Shown in pieces: positions 37,810 to 50,604 of a DNA stretch of 64,000 nucleotides. The notes below the pieces were generated by a model. That model saw only the letters and a program-made list of their open reading frames with translations. It was not told the origin of the DNA and did no database searches. Numbering within the stretch: the stretch's first letter is position 1; the number at the start of each line of letters is the position of its first letter. The stretch covers positions 93,188,001 through 93,252,000 of the forward strand of contig NW_024704743.1 of the NCBI RefSeq assembly GCF_018977255.1. Direction: 5' to 3'. The translations under genes were made by a program, and so were the position numbers. This stretch comes from Callorhinchus milii. Lineage: Eukaryota.

Positions 37810-38270
37810 TGTCAGACACATGCGGGAACCCATCACTATGTTTAAGAGTATCCAAACCAAACTGAGAGTTTCATGCATCCCACCTATACATGGAAATTCC
37901 ACAGATGTTTATTGGAATGGAATGCACACTCTCTTTTTGAAGGGATTCATAATGCTTACCTAATTCTGGAGAGTATTAGGTGCAGGCTGGCAAGAGCTAA
38001 AGCTTGGGGACTCCAGAGTGTGAATTGGGGTACTGATGAAGTCTTACCAGCTAAACATGCATAGCTTGCCTTTGAAACACTGTCTGGTAAGCTTTTCCTC
38101 TGCTTATCCAGCTAGAACCACCCTATCCATTAGGCCTTTGATTTGAGGAGTTGAGTGGGAAGAGTTCCTGCCACCATGACTGGTCTGACCTTCCAAATCC
38201 TGCTGATGTGCCAGGTTGGCTGTGCTGTCATCAGCGGTTCCTGGTTCAGGAGCTGGACCAACAAGATCAC
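37810..38270 (+). mobile_element. Copy 2 of the ancient CRE/R2-like repeat
   Basis: Aligns to 6205-6620 (ACACATGCGGGAAC...TAAGAGTATCCAAA...AAAGCTTGG...GAGTGGGAAGA). Confidence 0.6.
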
Positions 38271-39051
38271 AGAATGTTATACCTACGTTTGATATTGCTT
38301 TGTTCATGTCAGGATGATGTCTCAAAGTGCTTCACAGGATTTACTGTAAAGTGTAGTCACTGTGTGCTTTGCAGATTAATGTGGCAGACAATGTGAGCAC
38401 AATGTCACACAAAATGTCAATTTTTATATTGGGATTGTTGAGAAGGACACTGGGAGAAACTTCCTGGTGAAATGACAAATACTACTTATTAAAGCAGGAA
38501 AATAACTGTTTGATTAGTTTTTGTAAGCACTTGTTCATTTCAATATAGAAACAGCACATCTTGAAAACTAACTGGTTGAATATATGTAGAAGGGACATCA
38601 GTGGTCACTGGAACAAAAGATTGAATGAAGAATGAGGCATTGGTATTATAAATTGGTATTAAAGCTGATGTGGTCTATAGAAGTAATGTCCTCATGGAAT
38701 GCAGATCTTACTTTTAATATCGGACAATAACATTTGAAATAAAATTATCTCAGATTGTTTCGCAGCTGAAAATGTTTTACATGCAAATTACTGTTTCAGC
38801 TTGTAATTGGAATAGGCACAATTGAAAGAAAGCTATTAAAATTTAAAACAATAAATGAAAGCATCCCATGATAAATTATAGCTCAAAGTATTCACAAAGC
38901 ACTTTTATATGACGCTGTGTGGAAAAGATAATTTTTTTCAAGTGTAAGCTTATTCTGTTTCAACATAGACAAGTTACAGGTCACTGCTTCAGATTCCTAT
39001 GCATTTAGTAGAAACAGCTTTAAGTTACAAGAGTATTGTGTTTTATTTTAG

Positions 39052-39372
39052 TGTGGAATCCTGTAGCATTGTGGTTAGTGTGCTCACCTCTCAAGCAAGA
39101 GGACCCAGGTTCGATTCCCATGCAGGGTGAAACGTCAGGCAAGTTTCCTTATCCCACATGCCTCTATTTACTAAGCAGTAAGTAGGAATGTGGTTGTCGA
39201 TTGGCGGTAATAATCCCTCCCCCCAAAAATGCAGTTACTCAATCCACGGCTGTTTGTAGGACACTGCTGTGAGCATTTCGTCTACAAAATACAGTCAATG
39301 CACTTTACAATATATTCTGTGAAGCACTTTGAGACGTCTCAATAGCCCTATGTCAAATGCAAGTATTATTAT
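39052..39372 (+). mobile_element. tRNA-derived Deu SINE (older) inserted in the L relic
   Basis: Head TGGAATCCTGTAGC...GGTTCGATTCC, core and tail. Confidence 0.85.
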
Positions 39373-39623
39373 TCGTGCTGTTTTATGATTGGCTTCTTGC
39401 ACTCAATAGGTATTTAAAATAGTGGCTACTTAAGGTAAGGATTCCATTCTTTTACATTCCTGATTACTGCATTTTTTTGCTGTAAACCAGATTCTCATGG
39501 ATTTTCAGTCACTTACATTCAGGAATATAATCAGATAAATTGCACTGAATTGGCTTCATTCTTAAAGAAAGATATTTAAATTCACCTCGTCTGTTCTATC
39601 CATCGTGAGGGTCAAGACTTGAT

Positions 39624-40888
39624 TGCAAGACAGAAATGCAAGTCACTATGTTCCGCTGCTGCCTTTCAATTGGAGCTGTTAATCTCTTAGTTGAGATGAA
39701 AAGCTACTGAGAAGGATACTGACTGACAGTTGGTCACAGAGAGGGAGTATGCATTTGCAGAAATAGCACAGGCATGGAACAATGATTTCAGTGCAAATTA
39801 TATATGTAGATGATAGAGACAAAGGATTAATTTGAAATAAATGCAAGGTACAAAACTAATTACAATTCAAAGATAACAGGAACCGACAGGAGTAGTCATT
39901 ATATCGAGCTCTGCACCATCGGAACATCATTCAGTTATCTCTAATCAGTGTAGATTTCCTTCAAAAATGCTTCTTGAGTCAACCTCTGACAATAGAAATG
40001 TGAACTTAACCAAAGTATTTGGTAAAATGTTGCTTGTAATTTGGACAGTGTTGGACGACTGCTTAACAAGTATGTGCAGAATGAGAAACTAATGAGAAGA
40101 TGGAGCAACAAGATCAGTGTTGTTGAAATTAAGGAGAGAAACTCTGGTATGTGATACTTTAATTACCATAATGAGGGTTAGTCTGTTCCTAGTCATGTCC
40201 CAGTAATAACTGTCGCAAACAAATAATTAAGAGTAGGGACTTCAGAAATGACTGCTATTAGTTGGAATCGTGAGAAAAGTCTGCCATAGAACGGTTGGTT
40301 CAGATCGTACCTCTCACCCCGCCTGCACTTTATCTCTTCAAACGGCTTCTCCTCTAGCCCCCGGACTGTCTCGTGCGGCGTTCCTAAGGGCTCCGTCCTT
40401 GGTCCCCTCCTCTTCAATATCTATATGCTCCCTCTTAGTGACATCATCCACAGATATGGGGTCAACTTCCACATGTATGCGGATGATACTGAGCTGTACC
40501 TCTCTGCCTCCACCCTTGACTTCAGGCCCACTGCTGTCCTGACAGAATGTCTGTCGGACATCAAGTCCTGGATGAGAGCTAACTTTCATCAGTTGAATGT
40601 CAACAAGACTAAGGCTCTCCAGATTGGCCCCCGTCAGCGCCTCCTCACCTCAGGCGCTGATAGCATTACCATCCGTGGTTGCACACTCCACCTTGCTAAG
40701 CCAGTCCAGAACCTTGTGGTCTTGTTTGACCCTCAACTATCCTTTCTACCCAACATCTGTGCCATGATCACTGTGCAAAGACAGAAATGCAAGACCCTAT
40801 GTTCTGCTGCTGCCTTTCAATTGGAGCTATTAATCTCTTAGTTGAGATGAAAAGCTACTGAGAGGAATACTGACTGACAGTTGGTCAC
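39624..40888. repeat. Direct duplication of about 115 bp (39624-39737 and 40774-40888)
   Basis: About 7 differences by manual alignment. The copies flank an unassigned block plus an L2 fragment. Confidence 0.95.
40290..40772 (+). mobile_element. L2 RT fragment
   Basis: [11 protein letters not shown]...ECLSDIKSWMRANF. Confidence 0.92.
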
Positions 40889-41299
40889 TGTGCTGAATAG
40901 ATCCTTCCACGGATGTCCATCAAATAGTTGTTGAGGAAACTGAGGCTTGGAAGAATAGCTGTTGTAAGCCATTACCTGGAGTCTGGGTTCGTGGCCATAT
41001 GTTGATGTATCCAGAGCTTGATGCCTATTTTGATTGGAATGCAGAGAAGTAAGCAGACCAGTCATAGGAGTTAGGATTCATCCAACTCAACACAATCCTG
41101 CAAGCCAAAGCCCAAACAAGTAGGCAAGTCCTAGTTGAACAAGCTCTGCTCTGCAATGGTAGGCTGCACAGTTCTATCTGATTAATCTACAGTAGTAACT
41201 CAATACAACTCTGGGGATCTCCAAGCCATTGGCTCTTGACAAACTGTGGCTAACCTTTTTGGCTTAGGTAAGCAATACAATAAGAATTATTATATTGCT

Positions 41300-41530
41300 T
41301 ACCTGGCTTGGTCAGTAGCATTTGAGGAGGTTGCAGAGGGAGGGTGGGGTGAGACCACGGGGAGATTTGAAGGTGAGAATGAGGATCTTGAACTCGATCC
41401 ACTGGAACATGAGAAGCCAGTAGAGCCGGGAGAGGTTAGGAGTGATAAACTCACAGAGCCTAGTGTGGGAGAGAACATGAGCTGCAAAGTTCTGGATACT
41501 CTGCAGATTGTGTAGGAAAGAGCTGGGGTA
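41300..41530 (-). mobile_element. L2 fragment inserted in the L relic
   Basis: LQSIQNFAAHVL...LYWL..IEFKILIL. Confidence 0.85.
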
Positions 41531-43639
41531 AACAATGAGCAGAGCAGGGTCTGTCCCTGTCAGGGAGAGTGTGCAAAAAAAAAGACAACCAGAAATGTCC
41601 ATATATATGGAATTCTCAATAGCTTACTTTGGAAACTCATCCATAGTGCCAGGTTTCCTCACGTTAGACACCCAGCTGACCAAAACAATATTCATCACAT
41701 TAAATGGCTAGAATCAGATTGCCTCCCTTCTAAACTTTTCTCCACGATATAGTTGGAGGGGATCACGACACAATTATGAATTCCTGCTCAGAATCCTAAT
41801 CATGAACTGATGGTTCATAGGATTCCAGCATTTTAGTAAAAGAAATCTGCTAACAGGCTGTCACAGACTCCACGATCCATGAGCAGGAAGACCAGTACCT
41901 AGGAGATGTGATAAATATCACATAGACTGCAAATTTGCCCTTAGGAGTTTTATTGCCCCTTTGAAGGACATGGACAAAAAACAAGTTTATTAATGTAACC
42001 TCTGGAGTGCAAGGAGATTGAAGTCTGTGTGAATGCACTGAGCGCACGTGATCAGAAAAAAAATTGACAAATTTAGTGTGGAATCATTAACAAAAGAGTA
42101 GTCAGGGTTGGATGATCAGTGAAGTGGGTAATTGATGTGGAGAACATTGCGGGAGAAAGACCAGAGCCCAAGGGAGCTCTCGATGAAAAAGTCAGTCAAA
42201 AGAATGGAGTTGCAGAAACTATGGAATAATAGTAATGAGATAACTTGACAATGGTTGGTGAATAAAGAAATCAGGAGGGATGCAGGAAACAAATAGAAAT
42301 AACAGGCAATTAAAGAACTATAAAAAAATTACTAAAGCAAATATTAAATAATGGGGGAATTCTATGAAGTGTGTGTGTGGGGAGGGGAATTACTCAAGAA
42401 ACAAATGCAGAAAGAGGTAATTGAAACTGCAGAGAAATGTGATAATAATCAAATTGTGGTCAAGCAAGTCAATAACTATTCTCCACCCTGACCTCAGCAC
42501 AATGGTTGGGCTCAATGTTGGCTCGAACTTTCTCATGGCTATCACTGGAGTTACTGCCTGGTATTTCAGTGCTGCTTAAAGGGACACCAGATCTGTGGGT
42601 AATAGCTCTGGAGGCTGCCATTGGGTGAAACCATTACGCCGAACACAGTGCAGAGGAGGAGGTGGGGTGGGGGGATTCAAATTTACAAACAGTCAATGAT
42701 TATCAACTGATCTCAGCACAATTTTTTTGATACCAATAATAATCTTTACATTTCATATGGCATCTTTCATGTCGACTGGACGTCCCAGGATATATTGTAA
42801 AATGTGCCGACTGTAAGTGCTATATGACTCGACCGCACGTGAAGGGCACTATGTAAATACATGTTGTTGTTATTGTTGTTGTTGTTGTTGCGTGTTTTGT
42901 GGGCAAACAGGGCAGCCAAGTCGAATACAGGATTATAGCACAAACAGCCATGGAGTGAGTGGTTCATGTTTTGGGGGGATTGATGGCCAGAAAATTGAGA
43001 GAAACTCTCTTCTCTTTTTGATCAATGCCATGGGATTTTTAATGTCCACCTGAGCAGAAAGACGGGACCTTGGTTTAACATGTCATCCAAAGGATGGCAC
43101 CTTCAATGTTGCATAATGAGTTTCACTTGCAATAACTCAAAACTGCTAATGGGGAAACCTGACAGTAGCTATCAGTAGCTATCAGTATGTCACTGCTAGC
43201 ACATTGGATCTACACTCCAAATTTCCCGAGTTAGCTTCTGGCATTGCAGGTCATGACTTATCAACAATTACTAGCAGTAAGTCTCCATGAGCAGCTCTGA
43301 GTTTCTATGACTGGATCCTTTTGCAAATTGCTCCTCTTTTAACCCCTTTATCACTATCACAATGTTAACCAGTAAAAGAATGTTACATACAGAAGACAAA
43401 TATGATGAATGAGACCTAAATATTTCCAGGTGAAGGAGACAATTTAAAATCTTACTTTGACGAATGTTTGTAACAAATAAAATATCATTGGTAAGAGATT
43501 GCCACAAAAGAGAGCTTGCTGCTGGAAGTCAGCAGGTCCTTTGTTTGTCCTATTAGATGTTCCATATTCTCATAAATTTCCTGATAAGGTGGTTTTCCGG
43601 AGAGAGAGTGTAACCTTTATTAATTGAAATTTGGTTTTG

Positions 43640-43990
43640 CAATAATTAAACAAGCTCAGGCTCTTCAATCTTGAGAGAAGATGACTTAGAAAGGACTTCA
43701 TAAAGGAAAAATATTTTAAATGGGATTGAAAAAGTAAACCCAGATCATTACTTCAGGCTGCACCAAGACAATATAGCAAAAGGACATAGGTTCAAGACAG
43801 ATACCAAGAAGTTTTTCTTTATCCAGAGGGTAATTGATGACAAGAGCATGTGCCAGGAAGTATGGATGAGGTCAGGACACTAGACTTGTTTAAAAAGCAG
43901 CTTGACCCTGTGATGGTAGGATGAGTTTTTTGAAGGGATAAGATCAGATGGGCTGAAGGGCCTTCTTCATCTGAACTAATTTTGTGATTT
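43640..43990 (+). mobile_element. Old CR1 3' fragment
   Basis: Degenerate LFNLEKR..RKD..FKILNG, QRVID and a CR1-type tail. Confidence 0.65.
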
Positions 43991-45424
43991 GGGGTATTTT
44001 TAAGAATGGTTGATGGGTTCCAAATGTGTCAAACACCCAAATGATCAAAGAAAAATCTTCTTCATTCCAATGATAGGATTTATCACAACAACAACTTGCA
44101 ATTATATAGTGCCCTACACAAAGGATAATGTCTCAGAGTGCAGTATAGTGGTGGGGTTCAACACCAAGCAAGGGAGAAGGTGAGAGGAAAATGACCCAAG
44201 ACGCAATCGAAGAAGCAGAGACAATTAGTCTAGATTAACAAGTGTCATTGTATGTGGTGTTAGGTACGGGCATTTACAGTGGTATTGAGAAGGACAGAAG
44301 AGGCTTCATTAGCTGTGCACAAAAGCTAACTCACACTAGAGATTCCCTGCTGAAATGCACTAGCAATGAAGGGCATTTTTGAAAGCAAACAAAGGAAAAA
44401 AACTATAGACTAAATGATCTGATCAATTTGTTTCACAGAAAATGCAAAATAATTTGACATTACAGCAAGATGTCACCTTAAAAAAGTTAACCTCTGTTGA
44501 TCTTTAACTGCACAGGTGTGACTATTATTGCCTCAGGTTACATCAAACCAATCCATTCTGCAAAATCAGATGTTCTCTAATTGGATTTTTTTTTGCTAGT
44601 TCCTGATGTAGTAAAAAAGGGCAGATTCATTTTAAATCTCAGAAGCGAGCCTGTAAACTTATTGAATGGTGTTCTGGAAGCTCAGCACAATTGTCTTTTA
44701 TCATTCTTCCGGCTATCTTTGCAGTGTAAATGGCTTTTATTCCATGAGTACATTATTGTGTCTTTAAGCAGTAGATGAAGTAAAGGATGAATACCACACA
44801 TAACTGGTCCTGAAGGGTTTATCTTGCTCTTGTTCCTTAATTGCTTGGGATTTGCTGATGAGAGCTGACAGTGCCAAGTTCCCACAATGTAACCAATAGC
44901 TAGCTGAGACAGCAGTTTGTATTGATCAGCCATTAAGTTCAGCTGTCTACCAACCATGAAATAGTGCTGATTGCTGGCAAATAGTTACATAGTTAAAGTA
45001 ATTTCCTCACAGCAATACTGTAAGCATTTTAAGATTGTAATTTACAAAGTTGTTTCCAAAGCAAAGCAAATACAGATTCTATTAAACATTACACTTGTGT
45101 AATAGCTATACATTTCCTGATATTCAGAATTTATTGCCATCTGCATATTCTATGATCAAGATGCCTTGATGATGTCATTTAAAAAATGACAGGATTCATT
45201 CTCTGCTTGGGGCAAATGTTTGAGCTGCTACTGGAAGGTGGGAACTGGAGAACTGAGTGAATGAAAAGCAATGTGTTTTGTAGACTAGATGGATTAGTAG
45301 TCTACTTCTATTCTATTCCCCCACAAAATACACAGTCAATTCACTTTACAGTGTACTCTGTGAAGTGCTTTGAGACGTTTCGAGCACATGATAAAGTGCT
45401 ATAAGTCAAGTACAAGGATTATTA

Positions 45425-45950
45425 TACTTCTGCCTGAAGATGTTATGGTGAGGTGCAAAGTGGCATAATGATTATGATATTTATCACTGGTGATGAGTTT
45501 AAAGTATGGTTCAAAATGGTCTTTAATTATTGGTTGGAATAATCAACAGGCTTGGGTGTGAACCAACACCCTCCACAAAGGTGCAGTGCTTTGGATTGAA
45601 GCCACTGGCGAATATTTCCATTGTTACTTTTGCTTCTATTTCAATCAGAGATAAGCCGTTGTCCTGTCCAGTAATACTGAAACTCTGGTGATGGCAATAA
45701 CAATGGTGGCCCTGAGAGGCTTTGGCCAGCTTTCAACCAAACTGTTGTGCTGAATGTCAGGGGAATAATTAAAGACTGGTTTGGTGATGATGATTTGATA
45801 ATTATCTCAATGACGTCACATTCCCCTCCCCATGTTTCTATGATCATCTGTTTTCTGCAGATCTGTAACTTTATTGACTTTGACAGTGCTGAGCTGTCTC
45901 AGTCTCAGTTCACATCACCAAGCATCGTAAATTTATTGACAAGTTGAGAA
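45425..45950 (-). pseudogene. Possible class III viral glycoprotein relic
   Basis: Long, sparsely interrupted frame: CRKQMIIETWGG, PSPEFQYYWTG, and in the next frame HCTFVEG..SLLII. The pattern resembles fusion loops 1 and 2 and the C-x-F-xx-G block. Confidence 0.3.
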
Positions 45951-46481
45951 CAAATTATTTGTTAACTAGTGATGGAATATATACTCGATATGTAGATAAA
46001 CTGATTATTCAATAGGATATCAGTAATGTATCGGTTATTAAAAAGGACCACACAAACTGTATAGAAGGTACAAGTATCTAGATCAGGTGGAACTTTTCTA
46101 TTCAAAGGACATAAAATAAAATCACAGAAATGTTTGAGAAACACACATGAAGTGAAATGAATAAATTTATCTGAAAGATTGTTGGCCAGGAAAAACTCCC
46201 ATCTCTTTTCAAATAATGCCATGGGATCTTTAACACTGACCTGAACAGGTAAATCCAACCTCAGTTCAACAACTCACTCAAAGTTAGGCACCTCTGACAA
46301 TGCAGTACTGCTCTTCAGTATCAACCTAGACAATGAACTTTTCAGTTATGGTATGTGAACCCACAACCTTCTGATTCAGAGTCACGCTACTATGAACTGA
46401 GAGAAGCTGACACACACTAGTACTAAAATAAAAAAAAACTGGCCTGTAAGAAAATTTCAATACTTGTCTATCTCCTAACTA

Positions 46482-46842
46482 GTGGAATCCAGTAGCTGGT
46501 TAGAGCACCCATCTCGCAAGCAAGAGACCCGCGTTCGATTCCCAGCAGGGCAAAATGTAGGTCAAGTTTCCTTACTCCACATGCCTCTGTTTACCTAGCA
46601 GTAACTTGTTAGTCGATTGGCTGATCGTTTTTCTGGGGATAATAATTCCTTCAAAAAAATAATAATAATAAATTGGTCACTTCAATCCATGACTGTTTGT
46701 GGGACACTGCTATGCATAGTTGGCTGTCACATTTCACCGACAAAATATACAATCAATTTTCTTTACAGTATATTCCGTGAAGCGCTTTGAGACATCTCGA
46801 AGACACGATAAGGCGCTATATCAAATGCAAGGATTATTATTA
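46482..46842 (+). mobile_element. tRNA-derived Deu SINE (older)
   Basis: Full head to tail. Confidence 0.88.
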
Positions 46843-47132
46843 TCTCATCAGTTGTGTTACTTTACACGTATTACAAAGCTTTGTTCACACTTTCATCACT
46901 TGGAATTCGCAACTCGCCGAATGTAATTTTTCACAATTTAAATTTGCAAATAGCCCAACAAATCCTGTATGTGAACATCACAAATTAGACTTCAATGCAT
47001 GCTTAAGCAACCAACGTTTTGAAAATGTGAATAAATATCGATAAACACTTTAACCACCACTCAAGTTAACTTTGTAGAATAACACTTTTTCAGAGATTTC
47101 TTTTCTAATTTGGAATCAGTGTCAAGAATATC

Positions 47133-47485
47133 AGTCCTGTAGCTTAGTACTTGCCTTGCAAGCAAAGAGACCTGGGTTTGAATCCCAGACAGGGCAAAAT
47201 CTTAGGCAAGTTTCCTTACTCCACACTCTAGTGTTTACCTAGCAGTAAGTAGGAACCCAGTTGTTAGTCGGATTTGCGGATCACTTTTCAGGGGTAATAT
47301 TCCCTCAAAGAAAAAATCATGACTGTTTGTGGGACACTACTGTATGCAATTGGCTGCCATGTTTCGCTCACAAAATATATAGTCAATTCACTTTACAGTA
47401 TATTCTGTGAAGCCCTTTGAAAAGTCTCGAATGTGTGATAAGGTGCTATATCAAATGCAAGGATTAGGATTATTATTCTTATTAT
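47133..47485 (+). mobile_element. tRNA-derived Deu SINE (older)
   Basis: Head to tail. Confidence 0.85.
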
Positions 47486-47934
47486 TAATCCTGACCAAAT
47501 AATGGAACAATTAATTTTCTATAGAGGGGCAGTTTTGGGCAGCCGGTTCACCTCCACGCCTGCAGTATTTTTCAAATTGCAAGACTTACAAAGGCAATTT
47601 GTTGTGATAAATTAAAATACCCAAAAGAAATGATAAAATAATTACTTCTGTGCAACACAAATGTGTTACACAAGTAATGCTGCAAAGGCAAAAAGCTTCT
47701 TTATTAACATATAGTAAATAAAGTACAGTACAATACAACTGTTTTCAAACGTTAACTTAATTTGTCAGGTTAGCATTTCAGCCAAACCTGCGAGGGAAAG
47801 GGTACATCTGTTTTGTGTCAAACTTAATGAAAGATACTACCTAATGACATATGAGCGTTTCATATTAAACAAAGGAAAAATCTTTGGCTATTGTATAGGC
47901 TAAATGCAGAGGGTAATTAAATGTGAAGTAAAAT

Positions 47935-48390
47935 CAACAATAATAACAAGTCAGAGAATTTAGTCCTATTTCCTTCTGATTAGACAATTCAGAACATTCT
48001 GTACTTCTAGTGTTTATATTCCCAGAGGATCCACATAATAGCAAAACACCATGAAAGCTTGTGTTGACTATTTCCTGATACTGACTCATCACTCCATCTT
48101 TCCTGTAATCATCCTTCAGCGACAAGGCAAATCGATTCCTACTCAGATTGGGATGGCATTTTGTTTTGCTAGTGAACAGCAGGTGTGCTGAAGGATAAAA
48201 GGCTGCAGTTGGCAGGGGAATATGTTAACGAAGTCTTGTGCGGTGCACAGTAAATGAGAGTGACAAACAGTTCCTTTGACTGCAGCAGCTTTTGGAAAAG
48301 CTTTAAAATGGAAACAACTACAATATGATACACATTTTATTTGGTACATCACCAAATAAAGAGCAGCAAATTTGTTCAATAGCAACATGA
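47935..48390 (-). pseudogene. Possible nucleoprotein relic
   Basis: YPSAHLL...HPNLS...KDGVMSQYQ is loosely like borna N HPDAIKL..FPNLA...ENPTMAGYR. Confidence 0.22.
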
Positions 48391-50604
48391 TTATTGTGAT
48401 GTGAAGTTAAAGTAAAGATGCTTTTAAAAAGATATCACAACATGTATCACACATCTGTTTATTCAATACTGCATAATTGCTAAAATGGGAGCTCGGTAAT
48501 TATGTATATTAAACCAGTTGTACAAATTATAGTATTGCAACAAATTATATATTTTAGCCAATATCATTATTACTGAACCATAATTAGTGAACTAAGTCAT
48601 GTTGGGAGTTTCTTCAAGTGTCCCAAGCAACAATCCACCAAATAAATGTGATTACTCACTTAATTGTTTGTTTGTTTGGCTGTGCGCTAATTGGTTGCAG
48701 TGTTTATGTATAAATAAAAAAAAGTTAATTCACTTTACAAAATATATACTGTGAAGCGTCTCGACAATATGATAAGGCACTATATAAATGCAAGCATTAT
48801 TCATGTTATAAATACAAGGTCACTACACCTCTCAGTAAAATCCTGTGAAGCACTTAGAGACGTCTAGATGATGTGATTAGGTGCTATTTCAAATGCAACA
48901 ATATTACAGTAATAATTATCAACTTTTGGAGTTACATTTGAACAAGAAGGGTGATGGCATAAATTTGCAGACGTTCATAGAATTGAATTAGCCTGCTGAC
49001 CAAAGCTTAGCGTGACCATTCAATCCAAGCCAGTGCGAAACAAAGTTTTAAACAGAAAGTATGGAGAAATTCAGAATGATAGAAATATTGGTGAAAATGA
49101 CACTCAGCTTCACAATACACAACCCTCATATAACTACTACAGAGATTTAATCAGCCAATTCAGAATTGGCTGGCTGTAAATTCTATTTGTTCAATATATT
49201 TTGTGACATTTTAACTCTATTAAAAATATGTAGGTATGATTCACAATATTAACTTCTCTGTGTCTCAGTGCAGCTCCAGCAATACTCTCTGAATACTACA
49301 CATCAAAACCACCAATACTATTCTGTCTTATTTTGACCTAGGTTTCCTATTTCTCAGCATCGCCCTGAATCTCTCTGTTGTTTTTGTCAACGGTAACCCT
49401 TCTGTTCTCTTCCATTGCCTTTCCTCCATGGTCTATTCCATGGCAGTATGCTTTCATGGTTTTATTGTTTCAAAGGCTTCTCAGCCTGGCGTTAGTTTGT
49501 GATATCTCACAGTTTCAGCCTCACTTAATTGGTAGCACTCTTGCCCCTGAGTCCAAAGGTTGTGGGTTCAAATCCCACGTCAGAACGTGGAACTCCTCCA
49601 GTATAGACTGACACTCCAATGCTGGAGATGTGCTTCATTGTTGTAGATGAGGACCTTCAGTCGAGATATTAAAACGAGGCCCTCTCTGCCTGTTTAGATA
49701 GATGTTAAAGATTCCATGGCACTATTCAAAAAGAGAAGAGAGTGTCTCCTGGTATTCTGGCCAATAATCCTCCAAATAAAATGATCACTAACCTAATACA
49801 CATCCCCCACCCTAGTCTTCTCGCTATCGCCGGCCAGACTTTCAACCTATCTGCCCTCACTCTCTGAAACTCCATCCCACCTGGCTCAGGAATTGGATTA
49901 GCAGGACTCCCGCAAAGGATTGAGCAAAGCGACATGTTCATTTGTACTCATGTTCAAATCTGCTTTTATGGGGTAACTGGAAGCAATACTGAATTCTGAA
50001 AAAGTCAGTCCCAATTTGTGGGTTTTGATAGAAAAATATTGGTTTAAATCACACAGGATCACTCACAAGAGAGATACAGATAAAAAAAAGATTTATTTAG
50101 CCTATTTAATCTTACCCTTCCAGAATACCCATTTTAGCATTTTCCATTTCCAGCATCAATGGAATGAGTCGAGTGTGCTAGCCTCAAATACCCTTACTGG
50201 TAATCCATTCCAGTGATTAAGTACCTTCAGTGTAAAGAAATATTACCTGATGTCTATTCTGATACTGTCCCTTACAACCCTGAAACAGTGACCTTGTTCT
50301 GTTGTCTTGGCATCTCGCCAGATCACCATTTCCACCTGACGTCACCCTCCATCTATATATTCTGTCATAACTTTGGTTGTAATAAAGAAAATGTGCTGCA
50401 ACTGTGCTCCGACCTATTAGTTAGTGTTTTACATAACACTTTAGCAATAGACTTCCGTTTAATGGAAAATGTCAACCTTGACAGTGTTAAGTGTAGTTTA
50501 ACAATGAAATATGCTTTTGAAAGATCTAGATAACAATTTGAACTGTATGAACGACTACAAAGATTTTTTTGGGGAGAAAAATGAAATGTGGAGCAAATTT
50601 CCTC

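Larger units (their letters stand above)
38520..43600 (-). pseudogene. Large colinear endogenous L polymerase relic fragmented by SINEs and LINEs
   Basis: In L order: KILNCLLHLEIF and KEEQFAK..RNSELLME (pre-motif A, about 43340); TDLVSL*AALKYQAVTPVI (motif A, from 42596; pneumo TDLSKFNQAFRYE); QRGNKT (41963-41946, three single-base changes from QGDNQT); GLP..ESVTAC*QISFTK (motif D spacing); WLTTAILPS (40971-40945); LDP; NPYLK*PLF (from 39443); KSAL*I (38906-38889); PI..S.NL; NTNL*YQCLI (38660-38631); CC. Confidence 0.72.
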
